In this document: one piece after another, positions 47,514 to 62,507 of the stretch
Position numbering within the stretch: position 1 is the first letter of the stretch
Layout: each line of letters starts with the position of its first letter
Assembly: GCF_009914755.1 (NCBI RefSeq)
Contig: NC_060938.1
Reading direction: 5' to 3' (one strand)
Length of the DNA stretch: 64,000 nt
DNA from: the human T2T-CHM13v2.0 reference genome, Homo sapiens
Made by a program: the position numbers and the translations under genes
The notes under the pieces: generated by a model
Database searches by the model: none
Seen by the model: the letters and a program-made list of their open reading frames with translations, nothing else
What the model was told of the DNA's origin: nothing

Positions 47514-48905
47514 TGTAGAAGGAAATCCTGTGTGGCTCTCCCAGTGCTCCTACACAGACCAAATCTCCTGAAGATCAAATCTAGCAAGATAGAAAAATGG
47601 AGAAGTCCCATTCTAAGCTTGTTTCCTTTTCTCCAGGAGCCATCTGCTTCCATTCAAAGAGAAATAAAACATATCTGTGATACTGTAAAATATGTATTTG
47701 GTCCCCAACCCTGTTTGCTGGCATGCAACTCCTGACATCCTTACAATCTCCACCAAACTGATGTCTTGTGTATGCTAATGTGCTGACTGATGGCTGGCAG
47801 ACAGCTTCAGGATGAGGCCTGGTCACTAAAAGACCAAGGCATGATTAGAGGGTTAGGACTTTCAGCTCTAACCCTCAGTCTCTGAGGAGGAGCGAGGGGC
47901 TGAAGGTTAGTTGGTCACCAATGGCCAATGGTTTAATCAATCATATCTACATAACAAAGCCTCCATAAAACCGCAAAGGGAGAGGGCTTGAAGAGCTTCC
48001 AGATAGCAAAATGCACAGAAGTTCCTGAAGGGTGGCATGCCAGCGGAGGGCAGCATGCCAGGGGAGGGCATGGAAGCTCCACGCCCCTTTCCATGTGCCC
48101 TGCCCCATGCATCTTTTCATCTGTATCCTTTGCGATACTCTTTGTAATACACCAATAAATGTAAATAATTGTTTCCCTGAGTTCTGTGAGCCACTCTAGA
48201 GAAACAGCCAAGCCCAACGAGGGGCTTGTTGGAGCCATGAGAACCCCAATTTATAGCTGTTCAGACAAAAGCATAGGAGCTTCTGTCCTATCTGACTGGC
48301 ATCTCAGGTAGGGGGCAGTCTTGGGGACTTGGCCTTCAACACATGCAGGATCTGATACTATCTTCAGGTAGGTACTGTCAGAATTGAATAAGAGGACACC
48401 CCGCTGATGTCAGCTACAGAGTTGGTGTGTGGAGAAGACTCCTCAAACATCTGGTCACAGAAGTATTCTACGTTTTGTGAGAGCAGAGGAAAAATGATTT
48501 TTGTTTTTTTCACACACTATCTTCTCTTCCCCAGAGTCAAATGCTTATATTTAGTGATAGGGGCCTTCCTCTTCTGCTCTTATATTCCACAGTAAAAGAT
48601 AAGCACTTTATCTTCAGAGAGGAAGAGTAAGTGTGCCAGCTCCTATATAAACTCGGAGATTAATAATGTTGAAGTTCTCCTTCTTCAAACCTTGCTATGT
48701 ACAGGTATAAGCATCTGACTCTTGCCTTGTCATTCAGTAGAGAACTAGGTATGAGGATAGCGCTACCGTGCTACTCTGGCTGCTGTTATTGCCGTAAGGT
48801 CAATTCTCTAATTCAGAAGTCTTCTATGTGTGTATAACATATATATATTACACAGACTCACAAGTAGGGTAACAACTCAGACTCTTTGGAGTTTTGGACT
48901 TAACA
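47514..48905 (+). mobile_element. Solo LTR (ERV1-class, MER34/39-like; family uncertain) split by MER21
   Basis: TG...CA termini with cccc TSD; TATA-like cctatataaa at ~48641. Confidence 0.6.
47676..48516 (+). mobile_element. MER21-type solo LTR
   Basis: tgtgatactgtaaaatat...gaccaaggcatgattagagggttaggactttcagc...aataaa...caca; near-TSD atatc/ctatc. Confidence 0.8.
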
Positions 48906-49924
48906 CCCCCTCTCCTATGTAAATAGTATGATGCTATGCCCTAACCATTTGATTTATTTCACTTACATCCTGCAAAATCAATCTGAGAAAATTTTAATAG
49001 ATTGACAAGTCACTATATTTTAAATCAATGATGTTTCAGCAGTGTTGTAAATATCCTACCAAAAAAGGTACATAATTGACAATAATGGTCAAAAAATATG
49101 TTTCAAATATTAACAATTAGTATAAAGATCACCCTAAGTTTATACTTGTTATTCTATCTCAGATTTTACTAACTTAATTTTTTCTTCAATTCCATATTCT
49201 GAAGATAACAAATTATCTAAAACAATGATCTTTTCTGCTGACGAAGTAGCAAAGTTCAAGTATAACTGTAGGTCACTGGTCTCAAGCAAAACATTCTAAG
49301 TAAGGAACAACACAAATGCTTCGGGATAAAAGTAACAGCATGGGTTACACATTTTTAAAAAGCAAGCCAAATAAAGTAACACATATTCTCTAACGCAGGC
49401 TTTTAGTTCATAGACAAGTATTTTGAGAACAATCCAAACATCTGTAAATATTTCTCCTTATTAAGAATTAGGCTAAGTATTGGATTTAGGTCAAAAATAA
49501 CTGACTAGTTAAATATATTTTAATATGTATGTCATTGAATTTTTGTAAATGGAGGCAATCCCAGGAAATTTTGACTTGCCTGTTTACTGACTAATAAAAT
49601 GTAAATGTAGAAGAATTATATATGATATATATATACACAGCTCTTATGTACATATCTAATAGTAGATAACAGTATCTTAGAAAAAAGACAAGAATATAAA
49701 TACAAAAAAATTGCTTAGTAGTAAGTCACAGTAATAATATCCTTATTATAAGTGAAATACTATTTTGTTTATTATTAATAATAGTTGTAACTAGTTCATT
49801 TTTCAATTTATAATAAAAATCTGTAAGGTCAAAAGACACAAAATTAGTATGCAAAAATCAATCTTTCATATACTGGTATATATATTATACCTAGGTATAT
49901 ATATATATATATGTGTGTGTGTAT

Positions 49925-50870
49925 ATATATAATACCTATTATATATATATTATCTATAATACCTATTATATATATTATCTATAATACCTATTATATATTG
50001 TCTATAATACCTATTCTATATATTATCTATATAATACCTATTCTATATAATCTATATAAAACCTATTATATATTTTATCTATATAATACCTATTATATAT
50101 TATCTATATAATACCTATTATATAGCAATGACTTGGAACCAACCCAAACGTCCAACAATGATAGACTGGATTAAGAAAATGTGGCACATATACACCATGG
50201 AATACTATGCAGCCATAAAAAATGATGAGTTCATGTCCTCTGTAGGGACATGGATGAAGCTGGAAACCATCATTCTCAGCAAACTATCGCAAGGACAAAA
50301 AACCAAACACCGCATGTTCTCACACATAGGTGGGAATTGAACAATGAGAACATATGGACACAGGAAGGGGAACACACTGGGGCCTGTTGTGGGGTGGGAG
50401 GAGGGGGGAGGGATAGCATTAGGAGATATACCTAATATTAAATGACAAGTTAATGGGTGCAGCACATCAACATGACACAGGTATACATATGTAACAAACC
50501 TGCACGTTGTGCACATGTACCCTAAAACTTTAAGTATAATAATAAAAAGAAAAAATACCTACTATATATTATTATATATAATGCCTATTATATATATTAT
50601 ATATAATGCCTATTATATATATTATATATAATGCCTATTATATATATTATATATAATGCCTATTATATATATTATATATAATGCCTATTATATATATTAT
50701 ATATAATGCCTATTATATATAATATATATAATGCCTATTATATATATTATATATAATGCCTATTATATATAATATATATAATGCCTATTATATATATTAT
50801 ATATAATGCCTATTATATATATTATATATAATGCCTATTATATATTATATATAATACCTATTATATATAT
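49925..50870. repeat. AT-rich minisatellite (~23-25 bp unit) split by an L1PA fragment; right arm has 11 near-perfect 25-mers (atataatgcctattatatatattat)
   Basis: atgcc recurs every 25 nt from 50581 to 50831. Confidence 0.92.
50124..50553 (+). mobile_element. 5'-truncated L1PA 3' fragment (~430 bp)
   Basis: ORF2 end (TWNQPK...HIGGN*), 3'UTR and A tail; flanked by aataccta(t/c)tatata. Confidence 0.92.
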
Positions 50871-52520
50871 ACCTAGTATATATTATATAATAATTATATA
50901 TGACACCTATTATATATTATGTATTATTACTATATATAATAAATACCTATTATATATAATATGATACCTATTATATATATGAATTATATATTATATATTA
51001 TATATTATATAATATACATTATATATATTATATATATGAATTATATATTACATATTATAATACATATAACAATATGTAATATATAATTCATATATATAAT
51101 ATATATTATATATTATATGTTATAATTATTTTTATGTAATTTATTTATACATTATATTTATATATTATATATTTATATTATGCATTTATATATTATATAT
51201 ATTTATATTATATATATTTACATATTACAATTTACATATATTTTATATATTTTATATATATTATATTATATATAAATATATTATATTTATATATATTATA
51301 TTATACAGAATAATATATAATATTACATATAATAATATATAATATATATTATATAATAATATATATATTATTATATAATAATATATATTATTATTTAATA
51401 TATAATTATTATATATAATATTAATATATAATATATAATTATTTTTATATTATATATAATTATATATTACATTATAATATATATTATTATATAATATATA
51501 TAATATTATAATATAATATATATTATATATTATTATATATAATAATATAATATATATTATTATATATTATTATATATAATAATATAATATATATTATTAT
51601 ATATTATTATATATAATAACATAATATATATTATTATATATAATTATATATAATAATATAATATATATTATATATAATTATATATAATAATATAATATAT
51701 ATTATTATATATAATATTATATAATAATATAATATATATTATTATATATATTATATAATAATATAATATATATTATTATATATTATTATATATAATTATA
51801 TATAATAATATAATATATATAATATTATTATATATAATAATATAATATATATTATTATATATTATTATATATAATAATATAATATATATTATTATATATA
51901 ATTATATATAATAATATATATTATATTATTATATATAATTATATATAATAATATATATATTATTATATATAATTATATATAATATATATATATTATTATA
52001 TATAATTATATATAATAATATATATATATTATTATATATAATTATATATAATAATATATATATATTATTATATATTATTATATATAATAATATAATATAT
52101 ATTATATATTATTATATATAATAATATAATATATATTATATATTATTATATATAATAATATAATATATATATTATATATTATTATATATAATAATATAAT
52201 ATATATTATTATATATTATTATATATAATAATATAATATATATTATTATATATTATTATATATAATAATATAATATATATTATTATATATTATTATATAT
52301 AATAATATAATATATATTATTATATATTATTATATATAATAATATAATATATATTATTATATATTATTATATATAATAATATAATATATATTATTATATA
52401 TTATTATAAATAATAATATATAATTATTATATATAATATATATAATATGTAGTATATATATGTGTGTGTGTATGTACATATATATAAAAAATACCTAGGT
52501 ATATATATGTGTATATATGT
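50871..52520. repeat. Extreme AT-rich low-complexity/minisatellite tract with ~37-bp units containing the perfect palindrome TATTATTATATATAATAATA
   Basis: ~51310-52448 almost free of G/C; 37-nt period read directly at 52264-52400. Confidence 0.92.
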
Positions 52521-52729
52521 TACACCTCTTGCATAATAGATAAGATGTATATTTTTTACATATATAAGAACACATCAGTATATGTCTGTATACGTCAGTA
52601 TGTCTCTGTGTATTAGAAGATAACAGAAGAAAAAATTCATTTACAATAGAAAAAAAGATATAAAATCTCCAGTAATAAATTTAAGTATGCAGGCATATAT
52701 TTTTAAAAAGCATTAAAACACTACTAGAA

Positions 52730-53830
52730 TCAAAAGAATGAAAAGACAAGCAACAAACTGGCTTGTCTGGGAGAAAATACTTGTGAAAAATATATCTGAT
52801 GAAGCACTGTTACCCAAAATATACAAAACTCAACAAGAAAACAAACAACCCAATTAAAAAATGAACCAAAGACCTTGACCTCATCATAGATAGACAGATG
52901 GAAAATAAGCATATGAAAACATCCTCCACATCATATGTCATCAGGGAAATGCAAATTAAAACAACAAAGAGATACCACTATATACCTATTATGCTAGCTA
53001 AAATATGGAACACTGACAACACTGACAAGGATGTGGAACAACAGGAACTTTCATTCATTGCTGGTGGGAATGCGAAATGGTACAGCCACTTTGGAAGGCA
53101 GCTAGCAACGTTTTATAAAACTAAACATAATCTTACCATACAGTCCAGCAATCACACTCCTTTCGTATTTACCCAAAGGAGTTGGAAACTTAGGACCACA
53201 CAAAAACCTAAATATGGATGTTAATAGCAACTTCATTTATAATTGCCAAAACTTGGCAACCAAGATGTCTTTCAGTAGGTCAATGGTTAAACTGTGATAT
53301 ATCCATTCAGTGGAATATTATTCAGTGATTTAAAAAATGAACTATCAAGCCATGAAAAGACATGCAGAAACCTTAAATGCATATTACTAAGTGCAAGAAG
53401 CCAAGATGAAAAGGCTACATGCTATATGATTCCAATTGTATCACATCTGGAAAAGACAAAACTACAAAGATAGTAAAAAGATCAGTGGTTTGTAGGGGAG
53501 AGAGGAAGGGATGAATAGTTAGGCACAGAGCATTTTGGGGGTAGTGAATCTATTCTGTATGACACTAATGGTAGAAATGTGTCATACATTTGTCAAAACT
53601 TATAGAATGTAGAACACAAAGAGTGAAACTTCAATGTAAACTATGTACTTTAGTCAATAATATGTCAATATTGGTTCATCAATTGTAACAACTGTACCAC
53701 ACTAATGCAAAATGTTAATAATAGGGAAAATTATATATAAAGGAGGAGATATACTGGGATTTTCTGTACTATCTGCTCAAATTTCTGTAAATTTTTCAAG
53801 TTTCTGTACATCTAAAACTGCTCAAAGTCT
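52730..53830 (+). mobile_element. L1MC-type 3' portion
   Basis: ORF2 C-terminal remnant (REMQIKTT...) and MC-type 3'UTR ending gtacatctaaaactgctc. Confidence 0.75.
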
Positions 53831-54065
53831 AAGACTTTGTTTCTTAAAAATCCGAAAAATGGGTGAATTCATTTATAACAATGGAATAAGGGAAAGGTAG
53901 TACAACTTAAAATCCAGAAGTCAAAAAGAAAAAATAAATTTGACCACATAATTTTTTGAAGAACACAATAGGGAAATTCAAAAGACAAATGAAAAACTTG
54001 AAAAATTTTTACAGTTTGTGCTTTATATAAGGAGAGCTCCTAGAAATTAATAAAAATAAAGTTTA

Positions 54066-54232
54066 AGCTGAGTGTGGTGGTGTGCACCTGTACTCCCAGT
54101 TATTCCAGAGGCTGAGGTGGGAGGATCCCTTCAGGTTAGGAGTTTGAGGCCACAGTGTGATATAATTGCACCTGTGAATTGCCAGTTCACTCAAGCCTGG
54201 GGAATACAGCAAGACCCCATCTCAAAATAAAT
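54066..54232 (+). mobile_element. FAM/FRAM Alu monomer
   Basis: Single monomer with cctgtgaattgcca and cagcaagaccccatctc. Confidence 0.75.
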
Positions 54233-54248
54233 CAAGTTTAAAACATAA

Positions 54249-54582
<334 letters not shown>

Positions 54583-56147
54583 AGTTCAAATCTATTTTTA
54601 TGAGTAGTATGCAACTGTAAGAGTACAACAGAAAAAAAAAACTGCTAGCCAGGAACTGGGTATTTCAAACTGATGGTTTTAGCATCCAAAAGTAAGAAGA
54701 TAGGTTGTTCCTCATGGCAATTTGCAAGGTACAGCTAAGGGACAGCATACTGTTTGGCATAGTTCTTTAACATTGTAAATATCGTTACTGGGAAATTTTA
54801 TAAAACACTGTATTACATAAGTCATTTTCTCACATTTTAAACAAAAATGAGGACACTGCCTCTTTGGAATTCTACTTCCTTGATATTTATTTTTTTTCTC
54901 TCAGTTTCTTCTCTTAAATGGTGGTATTGCCCTAGGATGCTCCCTGGCTGACCTATATGTTGACAACACCTGGATGTACAATGCTCTGGGGCTCAAACTC
55001 CTATAGATGCCTGACTGAGGCATGATGGACTTTCCACTTGCTAAAGTAGACTCATATTCTGTAAATTTGCTCTTCTTCCTTGCCTATTTCAGATGGTGAT
55101 CAGACTAGAGCTGGGTAGCATGAGGTAGGAAAGAAGAGATCAAGAATTAACAAGTTTGTAGTTTTACTGTTACCAAATTAACCATTACCAAGTCCAGCTA
55201 ATTTTACCTCCTAAGCATTAAAAAGAAAATCCCCCCTTTGCTGTATCTACTCTACCTCCCTAGATTATACAACGGTCACAGAATGGTTTATACATGTGCT
55301 CAAACCCCATAGACATATCTCACATCCACCAGAAAGATCTCTCAAATACTAATCTGATCACATCACTTGCCTGCCTACAGCGCTTTGCTGGGCAATCAGG
55401 TGTTAAAGTAGTCAATCAGAACAACAAGCCAAACCAAAAGTAATAATCAAGGTTTCATTTACTTACTAGGAAAGTGCAAACAAGATGCAAAAAAGAGAGG
55501 TGCTGGCTCAACAATGTTAAATTTTTCATCCCTTGGAATGACCACAGGCAAGGGTCAGGTGGATACAGTGCAGACACAAGGTATCATCTCATTCCAAGGA
55601 GTCCCAAACAACAGGCCCCACTTCTTTATGGACCCATGGACTTGAGGGAACAAAAGGGGTGTGGGGTAAGAGCGGAAAGGCCCTGACTCAAAGATAAGAA
55701 AAGCACCTTAGCCAAGGGCTCTGGTAAGGAGGCCTCAAAATGGAGGTAGCGGGGCTAGGAATGCAGATGCACATATAAGCATAGGGGCCTGAAGGATTAG
55801 GAGAGGAATAGGCCTATGTCCTTGACCTCAATTTTCTCTAGAAAACTGCAATGTACTGCTTATGTGCCAAGTGTGGTATGGTGAGGGCAGCTTCCCCCTG
55901 TGAGGTTTGTCAGGCATAGCCTTGGAATATTGCATATGATCAGGCCTGAAAGATCACATAAGGATTTTGGCCTACAGCTGGACTCCTCACTTTTCAGTGG
56001 TTACCCAAAAGCCTAAACTTATACAGAGGGAAAACAAAAATTCCCTTCCTCTGACCCCATGTCTACTTTTCTACTCTTATCTCCTGCTTCACATTTTATA
56101 CTCTGGCAAAACCACCACCTTCTCCCAACTACTTCTAACCTCTATGA

Positions 56148-56366
56148 CAAGCTTGTCCAACCTGTGGCTCATGGGCTGCATGCAGCTCAGGACAGCTTTG
56201 AATATGGCCCAACACAAATTCGTAAACTTTCTTAAAACATTATGAGATGTTTCTGCAATTTTTTTTAAGCTCGTCAGCTATCATTAGTGTACTTTATGTG
56301 TGGACCAAGACAATTCTTCTTCCGATGTGGCCCAGGTAAGCCAAAAAAAAGATTGAACGTGGCTGC
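56148..56366. mobile_element. MER30 (hAT-Charlie)
   Basis: cttgtccaacc...ggcccaacacaaattcgtaaactttcttaaaacattatgaga...gtggcccagg. Confidence 0.85.
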
Positions 56367-57455
56367 TGTATGCCTTTGTCACAAAGTTCCTCTTGCTTTT
56401 CTCACCTTCCCCTTCTTCACCAAGCACTTACCTTTTAACATTCATCCCAACTGCCACTTCCTTCAGGAAGCCCACTTAATAAATATCCACCCTCATTCTA
56501 GACATGAATAACTACTCCCTTCTCTGTGGATCCATTAGCCCTTATGCATACATACTTCTACTATTTTACTTATCACATATTAATAATATTTTCTGTTTAT
56601 CTGTCTGTGCAACACTAAATTCCTACAGAACAGAAGCCACATCCTATTCTGTTTTTTATAGCCAATGTCTAACAAGTGTCTGGCACACAGCAGGAACATG
56701 GGGAATAATCTATTTGTGGAATTCGTGTTCTATAAATCAGCATTAGTACAGCACTAAGAACAGGACACTACTAAAGCAGGACTGAATGAGCTGAGCCTCA
56801 CGGAGTAACCAGTTTAGATAACAGGGTCCTCGGTCCTCTCCACATCTAGGGCCAGCTGTTTCAAAACCACTTTGTCATCAAGTTGTTCAATGTGGATATG
56901 CCATTTCAGGATTTGGTGTCAAATTTGGATTCATTCTTTATGAAAAGACTTCTTTTTCTGTTTCTTCACCCCCATTTCTGGGTCAAAGATAGTCATCAGG
57001 TATCCACCGGAAAAACAGCTGCTAACTAGTAAGCTTCCTGAGAACAAATGTCATATCTATTACTTGGACTTTTTGCTAAGCTTCACAGAACCCCCACCAT
57101 CAAGATAGCTACCCCTCTGTCCCAGGAAAGGGATTCCAAGGAATTCCTTCCTCAAAAGACCATCTTCACTCATTACGATTGGCTCGTTAGTCTACAAGTA
57201 TCAGGGCCCATGGTTGTCAGGAATTTCTAAAGGCCTTTTGTTAACATATTATTGGGACTGGAACATTTGTAAAGTGATAAGCACAACTTTTCACCTGTAA
57301 GTTTTGAATTTCCAGGAGTTAAACTACCAATTTTTGTAGGTGAGAGAGGAAGAGGAGACCCAAGCAGAAAAAGACAGCCAATGTCAGCAAAGGTCTTAGT
57401 GGACAACAGGCTTATAACATTAAATTAGAAAAGTCCATGTAAACCTGTGTCCTTA

Positions 57456-58286
<831 letters not shown>

Positions 58287-58566
58287 CCTGGCAAAATCCT
58301 CACTCCTCCAGTTAGACCTCACTCGATGTGGTTTTGTTGAGTCATCTCCTACTCTTATAAAAGTATCTCCATGCTTCTGTATCCTTTGCCATTAAAAAAT
58401 TTTTTAGATCCTCGATGTGGGAAGATAGATTAGTAATTTGTGTTAAATTGTTGCCTACAAATATAATGTTAAAACCCTGAAATATTTTAATGAATTGTGG
58501 TTATTTAAAATGAAATCAACAGATAAGTAACAAGTAAACAAATGAATGTGTAGCCCCTGTACTTAC

Positions 58567-58641
58567 AAGAGAACATGGGCGACAATGGCATTCACATCAA
58601 ACAAGGTGTCAGTAGGGAATTCTCTGAGCAATATGTTGCCC
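58567..58641 (-). CDS. TXNDC16: TXNDC16 coding exon (~exon 6), GNILLREFPTDTLFDVNAIVAHVL(F), 75 nt, phase 2-2
   Basis: tttatAG|GGGCAAC...CTCTT|GTAAGT; in frame with both neighbours. Confidence 0.96.
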
Positions 58642-58917
58642 CTATAAAAAGTTTAAAAACATATTAATATTGAAAAATACAAAAAATATTTCCTTAGAAT
58701 TCAATTTACTTGTCTATCAAATACATTAGCTTATAAGGTCTTTGATGTTACAGCTGTGTCTTGTCCACATACTCCACATACCTACCAGCGTCCTGGCACA
58801 TAATACATTCTCAATAAATATATTAACTTTGAAAAGCCTAGGCTCTGTACCTGGCAAAAAGGCTAGAAAAAAATAGGAGTCCAAACAAGGATTCCTACCA
58901 GTCTCCCCAACTCACAA

Positions 58918-58949
<32 letters not shown>

Positions 58950-59448
58950 TCCCCAAATTGGGCTGGGAAGAAGGCAAGAAGGAAAAAGAAGTGTCCTCAG
59001 AAGGTCCCTGAGGAAACAGGACCTCTCCCCACTTCTTCGGCCAAATCCCAAGGATTTGAGAAACCTCAGGTAGATCAAACCCAAGTGCAGAGAGATTGGC
59101 AGATCTCTCAAAAATAAAGCACATTTATTTCACACCCAAATGTGGACCTGACATATCTACCCAGAACATTAAATTTGGTAAGCACTTGCTTACCAGGCAT
59201 TTGTTGTAGGAGTTTACACAAGAGCCTCACAAACAACCTTGTGATGTAGGTATTACTCTCTGTTTTATAAATAAGGAAGTTAAAGTACCGAGAGGTTAGG
59301 TAACAAATCTATTACTTGGACTTTTGGTTAAGCTTTACATGATCCCCCCTACATATGACTTTATTCTAGCTCAGTGATATTTTACATATTTGAATATTCT
59401 AGAAGTATAGCTTTGTATTTGTCCAGCACACTCAGGAAAATAGCTTAC

Positions 59449-59522
59449 TTGAATAAATATGCTTTCATCAAATCCTTTTCTTTTCCACAGTATCTTGATA
59501 TTTCTTCTTTGACACAATTAAC
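59449..59522 (-). CDS. TXNDC16: TXNDC16 coding exon (~exon 5), VNCVKEEISRYCGKEKDLMKAYLF(K), 74 nt, phase 0-2
   Basis: Minus strand ttaaAG|GTTAAT...TTCAA|GTAAGC. Peptide recognised as TXNDC16/ERp90 and joins the next exon in frame (AA|G = Lys). Exon numbering is from recall. Confidence 0.95.
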
Positions 59523-59574
59523 CTTTAAAAGAGTATACTTAAGTTTTAGCATATATATCAAAAGGTCAAGTTTC

Positions 59575-59787
59575 TTGGTTGGGGAAACAAGAAGGAGAAT
59601 TAAATATTACAGTTTGTTGCAGGTCAAATTTTGTATTTTATGTTTTTTTCTGATTTGTATGCTATAATTGTTCACATATTCAAGTGCATGAGATAACCCA
59701 AAGAAAGGCACTATTTCTGAATTCAGTCTCATGGAACCAGTATGTGGTAACCAGGTAGAAAAGGAAGGACACATTTAAGGCAAGACA
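59575..59787 (+). repeat. 213-bp dispersed direct duplication, copy A (partner 61749..61962)
   Basis: ttggtt.gggaaacaagaaggagaattaaa...catttaaggcaagaca; ~12 substitutions and 1 indel. Confidence 0.95.
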
Positions 59788-60869
59788 AAAAGTATGAGCA
59801 ATAGCCAGGAAGCACAAAAGTGAGTGCTAACTTGGAATGATGAAAGCATCTCAGCAAGTGGAACACAGAGATAGCAGATACTGCTGGTTTCCCACCCAAA
59901 ATCCATCCTTCCCTTTTGTTTACTAACAGAACTTTGCTAAAAGCAAGTGTTTCATTAAAAGGCTTTCCCAACCTCCCCAACAGCCTGCAATGGCTAAATG
60001 GTGTTTGGAGGAGTCACTGGGCTGAAACTCCTAAAAGGCTCTTAAAAGTGGGCTGACTGATACTTTTGCTCTTTTCACTCCTTCTTGACCAAAAATAGGT
60101 AAGACAGATGGAGTACCAACAGCAATCACGGACCATAAGGCATCTTTAAAGAAGCTACTTGCAAAGAATGGTACAACAGAAAGAATGAACTAAGTCAATG
60201 ATGATGTCAGAGCAGCCATACCAGCCCTGGATAGCTTATAATCTGAACTCTAAGTGAAAAAAATATATAATAACAATCTTGGCAACAACATGAAGATAAA
60301 TAGAAAGCAAAAGAACACAAAGATAAGGAGAGTTTAAAAGAATATCACATTAGCGTAGGTCATGGATGACTTGGATGAGAAGTAAAGCCAAAAAGGACAG
60401 AAGACATACAAAAGGCTTTTTACAAATACAATACATACAACTAGGGGGAAGACTGAGCATGTATATGCAGATTGAGATAGAGGAAGAGAGGAAAGAGAAA
60501 AAAAGAATGAAGGGGTTTCTAGATGGGGCAAATGGAGAGCCACCAATGTTAACTAACCAAAACTAAGGCTAGAAGAATAGTTATTTTGTTTTGCATTTGG
60601 TAAGGCTTTTGTTTCTCTTAAGAGGGGGTTTTCCTGTTGTTCAATTTAATTTTAATGGGATTTGAGGAAGAAGAAGAAGAACTGGGGAAGCAACGTTTGT
60701 TTAAAAGGCTACAAAACAGGAACTGACACTAAGAAACGAGAAATAGAGAATCAGAATTAAAGTCAGACTATAGCCATAACCAAAAAGTAAATTTTAATAT
60801 ATGTAATTTTAAAAATTTTTTAAGTTACAGCATAAGGATGGTTGGTATTATGACAATAGATGTGTCCAT

Positions 60870-61620
60870 TCATTCATCAATTCAAAATATATTTGAACAT
60901 CTACCATGTCAGTCACTGTTCTAGTCACTTTGGGTACAGGTAAGTTCCAAATAAAAATATTTAGCTTTAGAACAATGTAAGGTAGAGACAAGTTGAAAAC
61001 TAATTAATATGTAGTGTTAAGTCCTATAAATAAAAAAATTGTAAGGGAATAGCATGTGATAGGGCATTTTAGAGAGGTAATCAAGGAAGGCTTCTCTGAA
61101 AAAGTGACATTTGCACAAAGAACTGAAGAAATGCAGTAATGCATAAAAGTATACAAATAAGTATAAGAGATGAGTTCTAAGCAGAGGGGAAAATATCTGC
61201 AAAGGCCCTGTGGTTAACAGCACCTCCAGCAGGTTCAAATAACAGAAAGATGACCACTATGTATTAAGAACGAACTGAACAAAGTGGAGGGTCAGAAAAT
61301 GAGATCAGAGACAAAGCCAGTGTCCACAACACTCAAAAGTTTCTATTTGATCATAATTGGAATGAAAGGACTTTCGCAGCATGGTAGTGATGTATCCTGA
61401 TACATCTGGCTACATATGGAGAAGAGTCTGTCATGGGACAAAGTGAAGGAAGAAAGGCCAATTATTAGGAGGCTATTGTGGTTTCCCCAATGAGAAGAGA
61501 TGGCAGGAAGAAGTAAAAATGAAGGTATAGGAAGTGGTCAGATTTGAAAAGTTCTCATAGTAGAACCAAGTAGTAGATGGATTACTTATGAGAGAAAGAA
61601 AAGTCAAGGATGACAGAGCT
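60870..61620 (-). mobile_element. L2 fragment
   Basis: cattcattcatc...tttgaacatctaccatgtcagtcactgttctag...aggaaggcttctctgaaaaagtgacatttg. Confidence 0.7.
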
Positions 61621-61748
61621 TTTTGTTTAAAATCTACTTTGATACACTAGATTTCTTCTGGTTATCACTTGTATAATATATCTTTTTTTTCCTTCCTTTA
61701 CTTTGAAGATTTCTGAAACCCTTATTTTGGATGCATTTCTAAATATCA

Positions 61749-61962
61749 TTGGTTAGGGAAACAAGAAGGAGAATTAAACATTACAGCTTGTTTCAGGTCA
61801 AATTTTGTACTTTATGTTTTTTTTCTGATTTGTATGCTATAATTGCTCACATATTCAAGTGCATGAGATAACCCAGAGAAAGGCACTATTTCCGAATTCA
61901 ATCTTATGGAACAAGTAGGTGGTAACCAGGTAGAAAAGGAAGGACACATTTAAGGCAAGACA
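61749..61962 (+). repeat. 214-bp dispersed direct duplication, copy B, sitting inside an old antisense L1 remnant
   Basis: Same sequence, offset ~2174 bp. Confidence 0.95.
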
Positions 61963-62189
61963 TATAGCCCTAAATAGCATACAGCTTTCTTGGGTTATTG
62001 TATCCAGCTTGACATTCATTGTCTTGACTAGAATACGTAGCCCATTTATATTTTAGCATTTTCTTCATCCTGCCTCTTGCTATCTTCTGAAAACAATCTT
62101 AAATGCTGCTTTTTGTGAACTCTTTCCCAATACATCTGTGACTTTCCACCTCAAAAATCAAATATAGGCTTTCTTTCCTTTAAACTTCA

Positions 62190-62507
<318 letters not shown>

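Noticed and set aside
50556-50870. Regular 25-bp repeats resembling a CRISPR array
   Set aside because: Head-to-tail tandem units with no unique spacers, in a human intron: a minisatellite.
55401-55976. Possible antisense solo LTR (TG...CA)
   Set aside because: No TSD found and I could not assign a family, so it was not called as a feature.
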